Both the position numbers and the translations under genes were made by a program. Positions 59,458-64,000 of a stretch of DNA of 64,000 nt are shown in pieces (the first letter of the stretch is position 1; every line of letters starts with the position of its first letter). Source of the DNA: an uncultured Acidobacteriota bacterium (GTDB taxonomy: Bacteria; Acidobacteriota; JAQAZP01); contig CAWIIB010000009.1 in NCBI GenBank assembly GCA_963836075.1, positions 1,600,001 to 1,664,000 on the forward strand. The letters run 5' to 3'. Under the pieces are notes generated by a model that ran no database searches, had not been told where the DNA came from, and saw only the letters and a list, made by a program, of their open reading frames with translations.

Positions 59458-62010
59458 CTACAAATCCTCCCGGCTCAGTTCCTGCGCCGCCACCCGGCTG
59501 CCGCGGAGCGCGGGGTAGACGCTGGCGGCCAGGGCCGCGGCCATGATCGCCGCCGCCTGGCGCAACAGGGCCGGCCAGGGCCAGTGGGGCTGGATGGTCC
59601 AGCCGAAGTAGGCCGGGTTGATCACATAGATCAGGATCATTGCCAGCACCACCCCCCCCGCGGCGCCCAGCAGGGTGCCGAGGAGCCCGGCGGCCAACCC
59701 CTCGCCGAGAAAGAGGCGGAAGATCTGTCCCCGGCCGGCGCCCAGACAGCGGTAGAGGGCCAGTTCGGAGACCCTCTCCCGGGCCTGGACCAGCAGGCTG
59801 AGGGCGATGCCGCAGGCCGCGGTGAGCAGGGCCATCACCTGCAGCAGCCGGGTCACGGCAAACGTCTGGTCGAAGAGGTCCAGCACCCCCCGGCGGATAT
59901 CACCGCTGCTGCGGATGTCCAGCGGCAGGTGGGCGTACCGTGCGCGGAGATCGTCCGCCGCCTCCCGGAGGGTGGTCCCCTCCTTGAGATAGAGACCCAC
60001 GCTGTGCACCTTGCCCGGACCGAAGAAGCGGTCCACCGTTTTCATGGAGAGGTAGGCCATCCCGCTCTCCGTGCTGTAGTCGCGGCTCACCCCGGCGATG
60101 GTGAAACGCTCTTCGCCGTCAGGGCCGGTGATGGCCAGGGTATCGCCGGGGCCCAGACCGGCCTTGAGGGCCAGCGGCTCGGTGATGATCGCCGCTTCCT
60201 CGTCCCGCACCCTGCGCAGCGCCTCCCGCGAGTCGCCGCGCTTCAGCGGCAGGATGTAGTCGCTGTTCTCCAGGTCGAAGCTGATCCCGCTGAGCACGAT
60301 TTTCCGTTCACCGGACATGACCGGGAAACGGCGCAGCAGGGCCGAGGAGCGGACACCGGGCAGGGCGGCCAGCTCGTCCACCAGCTCGGGGGTGAGAAAG
60401 GCTTCGCGGCCGGCGCGGGTCCATGATTTTGTGGTGACGTAGATGTCGGCCCGCACGTAACCGGTGATCCAGGTTTCCAGGGTGGCGCGGAAGGAGCCGA
60501 CGAGCAGCGTCACCCCCACCAGCATGCAGACGGCGATACCCAGGGCGGCCACCGCCACCGAGCTGGTGCCCAGCCGCAGCAGGAGGTTGCGCGTGCTGTA
60601 GGCCAGGCCCAGGCGGCGGACCCTGATCCCCCGGCAGACCAGGCGGATGGCCAGCGGGGTGAGCAGAGGAAAGGCCACCAGGATCACCAGGCCGAGGGAA
60701 AATCCGCCCCAGCGGACGGTGCGGCCATAGAAACCGTAGAAGGCGAGCGCAGCAACCCCCACGGCCAGGGCGACCAGCGCCATCCGCGGGGCCAGGCGGC
60801 CGGCACGCTGGTGCAGGGTGAAGGCGGCCAGCAGTGTCCGGGTGTCCTTGCGCGCCATGTCCAGCGACGGTTGGAGGGCCCCCACCAGCGCCCCGCCCAC
60901 GCCAATGAGCAGGGCGAGAAAGACCAGGTCCGCCGGGACCCGGAGCTGCTCCAGCTCTTCCAGGAGGTAGATGTTGGTCAGCGTGCCGCTCACCACGCCC
61001 ATGTTGAGCCGGGCGGCCAGCCAGCCCAGGGGGATGCCGATGACCGCCCCCAGCAGTCCCAGGGCGCCGGCCTCGCCGAGGATCAGCAGGAGCACCTGGG
61101 ACCTGGTGCCGCCCAGGGAGCGGATCAGCCCGAACTCGGCCCGCCTCCTGACCAGCGTGGCCCGTACGCTGCCGTAGACCAGAAAGATGCCCACAAAGAG
61201 ACTGATCAGGCTCAGCGCGGTGAGGTTCAGACGGAAGGCCGAGAGCAGTCCCGCCGCGTTCTGTTCCCGCTGCTCCGGAGTGAGCAGTTGCACCGCCGGG
61301 CCGAGGGCGGATGTCAGGCGGCGGCGCACGTCCTCCAGGTCGTGGGCGTCGTCGATCTTCAGGTCCACCTGGTGCAGTTCGCCCCGGCGGCCCAGCAGCG
61401 ACTGGGCCTGGGCGATGTCCATCACCGCCAGCTTCCGCGGAGCCAGCGGCGTGTGACGGCGGAAATCCACCAGGGCGCCGATATGCAGATCCACCAGGCG
61501 GCTGCCGCTGCTCACGGTCAGCGAATCGCCCACCGACCAGCCCATCTCTTCGGCCAGTGCCGGTGAGACGGCCACCCAGCCGGGCCGGGCGAGGAAATCG
61601 GCCAGGGCTCCGGTTCCGAGGGTTCCGGAGTCGTCGCCATCCCCGCTGACCAGGGGCAGCCGGCCGGCGGCAAAGAGGTCGAGACCGGCCACCTCGAGGA
61701 AGAGGCCCGGCTGCTCTTCCACCGCCACGTCGATGCGGTAGATCGGCCAGGCTTCATGCACCCCGGCGGTGGCCAGCACTTTGGGGTAGAAGGTTTCGGG
61801 CAGGGTGGGGGTGCGGCCGGTGACGCTGAGGTCGGCGTCGCCGCTGAGCGACTGCACGCTGCCGGAAAAGGCGGCCAGGGAATTGCGGTTGAGCAACTGG
61901 ATGGAGAAGACCGAGGCCACGCCCAGGGCCACGCCCAGCACGGCCAGCAGGGTCAGGCTGCGTCCGTGGTGCAGGCGGCTGGCCAGGGTTCTCTGGATGT
62001 AGGCGATCAC
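59458..62010 (-). CDS. FtsX/MacB-type ABC permease with duplicated domains
   Basis: GVALGVA, AFRLNLTALS, VGSFR, FDQTFAVT, INxxxFGWT. Confidence 0.9.
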   Translation of the reverse strand: MIAYIQRTLASRLHHGRSLTLLAVLGVALGVASVFSIQLLNRNSLAAFSGSVQSLSGDADLSVTGRTPTLPETFYPKVLATAGVHEAWPIYRIDVAVEEQPGLFLEVAGLDLFAAGRLPLVSGDGDDSGTLGTGALADFLARPGWVAVSPALAEEMGWSVGDSLTVSSGSRLVDLHIGALVDFRRHTPLAPRKLAVMDIAQAQSLLGRRGELHQVDLKIDDAHDLEDVRRRLTSALGPAVQLLTPEQREQNAAGLLSAFRLNLTALSLISLFVGIFLVYGSVRATLVRRRAEFGLIRSLGGTRSQVLLLILGEAGALGLLGAVIGIPLGWLAARLNMGVVSGTLTNIYLLEELEQLRVPADLVFLALLIGVGGALVGALQPSLDMARKDTRTLLAAFTLHQRAGRLAPRMALVALAVGVAALAFYGFYGRTVRWGGFSLGLVILVAFPLLTPLAIRLVCRGIRVRRLGLAYSTRNLLLRLGTSSVAVAALGIAVCMLVGVTLLVGSFRATLETWITGYVRADIYVTTKSWTRAGREAFLTPELVDELAALPGVRSSALLRRFPVMSGERKIVLSGISFDLENSDYILPLKRGDSREALRRVRDEEAAIITEPLALKAGLGPGDTLAITGPDGEERFTIAGVSRDYSTESGMAYLSMKTVDRFFGPGKVHSVGLYLKEGTTLREAADDLRARYAHLPLDIRSSGDIRRGVLDLFDQTFAVTRLLQVMALLTAACGIALSLLVQARERVSELALYRCLGAGRGQIFRLFLGEGLAAGLLGTLLGAAGGVVLAMILIYVINPAYFGWTIQPHWPWPALLRQAAAIMAAALAASVYPALRGSRVAAQELSREDL

Positions 62011-62690
62011 GACTGCACCAGCACGCCGCTCTGGAGCGGTAGCACCTCGTCCGCCAGGCCGGCCAGCTCGCGGCTGTGGGTGACGAAAATCAGGGTGGAA
62101 CCCTCTTCGCGGGCCAGGGCCAGCAGCAGGTCCATCACCTGGCGGCTGTTCTCGTCATCGAGGCTGCCGGTGGGTTCGTCGGCCAGCAGCAGCCGCGGCC
62201 GGCGAACCAGGGCCCGGCAGATGGCCACCCGCTGCATCTCCCCGCCGCTCAACTGCTGTACCGGGTCGCCTCTCCGGTCGGCCAGTCCCACCCGCTCCAG
62301 CAGATCGTGGATGCGGGGCAGGACCGATGCGCTGGTCTGGCCGGCGATCCACTCGGGCAGGGCAACATTGTCCTCGACTGTGAGATGGGGCAGCAGGTGG
62401 AAGAACTGGAAGATCAGGCCCACGCTCTTGCGGCGGAGCAGGGTGCGTTCTTTCTCAGAGAGGCCGGCCAGATCCCGCCCCTCCAGCAGGATCCGGCCGC
62501 CGGTGGGCAGGTCGATGCCGGCGGCGAGATTGAGCAGGGTGGACTTGCCGCTGCCGCTGCGCCCCACCACGGCCACCGTGCTGCCGGCGGCCACCTCCAG
62601 GGAGATCTCCCGCAGGGCGGTCCGTCCCCCACCCCCCTCCCGGGGGAAGACCTTGGAGACGGCATCAAACTGCAGGGCAGGAGAGGTCAT
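62007..62690 (-). CDS. ABC ATP-binding protein (LolD/MacB-like)
   Basis: GRSGSGKST, FQFFHL, LSGGEMQR, ADEPTG, VTH. Confidence 0.95.
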   Translation of the reverse strand: MTSPALQFDAVSKVFPREGGGGRTALREISLEVAAGSTVAVVGRSGSGKSTLLNLAAGIDLPTGGRILLEGRDLAGLSEKERTLLRRKSVGLIFQFFHLLPHLTVEDNVALPEWIAGQTSASVLPRIHDLLERVGLADRRGDPVQQLSGGEMQRVAICRALVRRPRLLLADEPTGSLDDENSRQVMDLLLALAREEGSTLIFVTHSRELAGLADEVLPLQSGVLVQS

Positions 62691-63694
62691 CGGTGTTTCT
62701 TGAACCTGGCCTGAATCGTGCCGGCGCTGCTTCTCAACCGGTCCAGCAGCCGCAATGATTTCGGCGCAGTGGAAATGATGTTGCTCGGCAATGATGCCGT
62801 GCCGAAACTTTTCTTGAAGGCCTTCGCCCCCTCGTGACCGCCACTGGGATTGAAATCAAACCACTGGCATCCCCGCTGGCAGGCATCGCTGATACTCTCA
62901 TACATCAGCAGGTTGACCGGGCGCAGGTTGAAATGCTCGGAGAGCGCAGCGCCGTGCCAGTAGACAACGTGCTTCCCTGCATACAGGCAAAGTGCACCCG
63001 CCACGATCGAATTCTCATACAGCGCCAGCCACAACTTCACATTTTCCGAATTGAGGCCGTGCAGCGTGTGGAACAGTTCCCACGAATAGCGTGACGTCGC
63101 GCTGTCACCCCAGCGCCTGAGCGAGTCTTCATAGACAGTGAAGTATTCTTTCCACTGCTCCTGGTCTGTCGCCGCCCTGATGACCACTCCCGCCTTCCGT
63201 GCCTGCTGCACGGCCGAACGGTGTCCCTTGGTCCACCTCTTGTATACCGCATCGAAGCCGTCAAGCAGGTTGATTGCATGTGTTTCGTCTGTTTGGGTGC
63301 AGTTCAACTCGATGTTGGAGAGGAGCGTATCGTATGGATTCAGCCGCCAGGTCAACCGGCCGGGCAATGAACAGATGTATTCGGCCAGAAGAGTCGTGTG
63401 TTCATTCTCCAGATCTGCCGCGGCGATCCAGCCCCCGTATGTCCCGGCCGGCGATGAGAGGTAGTTCCGGATCATCCCCTTGCCGCTTTTGTGAACGGAA
63501 AGGGGCAGCAAGGCCTGCCGGCCATCCGAGAATTCCACCAGCAATGGGTCGGGCTGTATGGAGTGCTTGCTGTAGGCCTGCCAGGTCAGGGCCCACTCCC
63601 GGGAGTGGAAGAAGGTGGAGTAGCTGCACCCCTGCCATATGGAGTCCCACTCCGCGGGGCTGGCCTGCCTGACATCCTTGATCAGAACCTTCAT
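62687..63694 (-). CDS. GNAT/FemAB-like acyltransferase
   Basis: TFFHxxxW, YGG, KARKxG-like segment, FDF, FKxSFG; lower GC than flanks. Confidence 0.8.
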   Translation of the reverse strand: MKVLIKDVRQASPAEWDSIWQGCSYSTFFHSREWALTWQAYSKHSIQPDPLLVEFSDGRQALLPLSVHKSGKGMIRNYLSSPAGTYGGWIAAADLENEHTTLLAEYICSLPGRLTWRLNPYDTLLSNIELNCTQTDETHAINLLDGFDAVYKRWTKGHRSAVQQARKAGVVIRAATDQEQWKEYFTVYEDSLRRWGDSATSRYSWELFHTLHGLNSENVKLWLALYENSIVAGALCLYAGKHVVYWHGAALSEHFNLRPVNLLMYESISDACQRGCQWFDFNPSGGHEGAKAFKKSFGTASLPSNIISTAPKSLRLLDRLRSSAGTIQARFKKHR

Positions 63695-63783
63695 TCAGAT
63701 ACCTGGTGCTCCGGATCGGTTTCAACCATCTATAGATCCTCGGTCCCCGCTTGTCAAACCCGGAGCGTGTATGTCCGGCCCGG

Positions 63784-64000
63784 TCACTCCGGCAGATCCT
63801 CCAGCACCAGGTGCATCCGGCGCCGGTAGGTCCGGAGCGCCTCCCGGCCCTTGCCGGTGATCCGGTAGAGCGTTCGCGGGATCTTGTCCACGAAACTCTT
63901 CTCGACATTCACCAGCCCCGCCTCCTCCAGCTTGCTCACGTGGGAGGAGAGGTTGCCCCGGGTCAGCCCGGTCTGGCGCAGGAGGAAGAGGAAGTCGGCG
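63784..64000 (-). CDS. Winged-helix transcriptional regulator, 5' end outside the window
   Basis: Manual translation ADFLFLLRQTGLTRGNLSSHVSKLEEAGLV...RTLYRITGKGREAL...LPE*; absent from the ORF track. Confidence 0.85.
   Translation of the reverse strand, partial: ADFLFLLRQTGLTRGNLSSHVSKLEEAGLVNVEKSFVDKIPRTLYRITGKGREALRTYRRRMHLVLEDLPE

Overview
High-GC (roughly two-thirds G+C by eye) bacterial chromosomal segment, probably from an uncultured diderm lineage (Acidobacteriota-like character; taxonomy not provable here). No rRNA, tRNA, CRISPR array or transposase was recognised. Contents in order: prolyl oligopeptidase; an amino-sugar salvage neighbourhood (nucleotidyltransferase, NahK/APH-like kinase, GH20, Na+/solute symporter, GH27/36-like hydrolase, MltF); hybrid histidine kinase; a cell-surface glycosylation locus (two GT-C, two GT2, flippase); a Rid lipoprotein; a homoisocitrate/isopropylmalate dehydrogenase with a fused large+small hydro-lyase and a remnant of a second large subunit; two arylsulfotransferase-family proteins; a beta-helix secreted protein; BlaI/BlaR1; Lon; a sulfatase-like lipoprotein; sufCBD-Rieske-sufSU; a cytochrome c-fused bd-type oxidase pair; a NikR-regulated ECF nickel uptake operon; a cysteine peptidase; an Att-like ABC/lipocalin module; a GNAT. 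Best candidate for an undescribed system: a 121-aa C-terminal domain (motifs CxPxSGTxP, W[KR]AGYTNV, AEDVTxxPYNxPPYPPAG, terminal TVTxxAP) shared by two otherwise unrelated secreted proteins, suggesting a lineage-specific sorting or anchoring domain. Eight frameshifts in seven genes are all single extra bases and are most likely sequencing errors.
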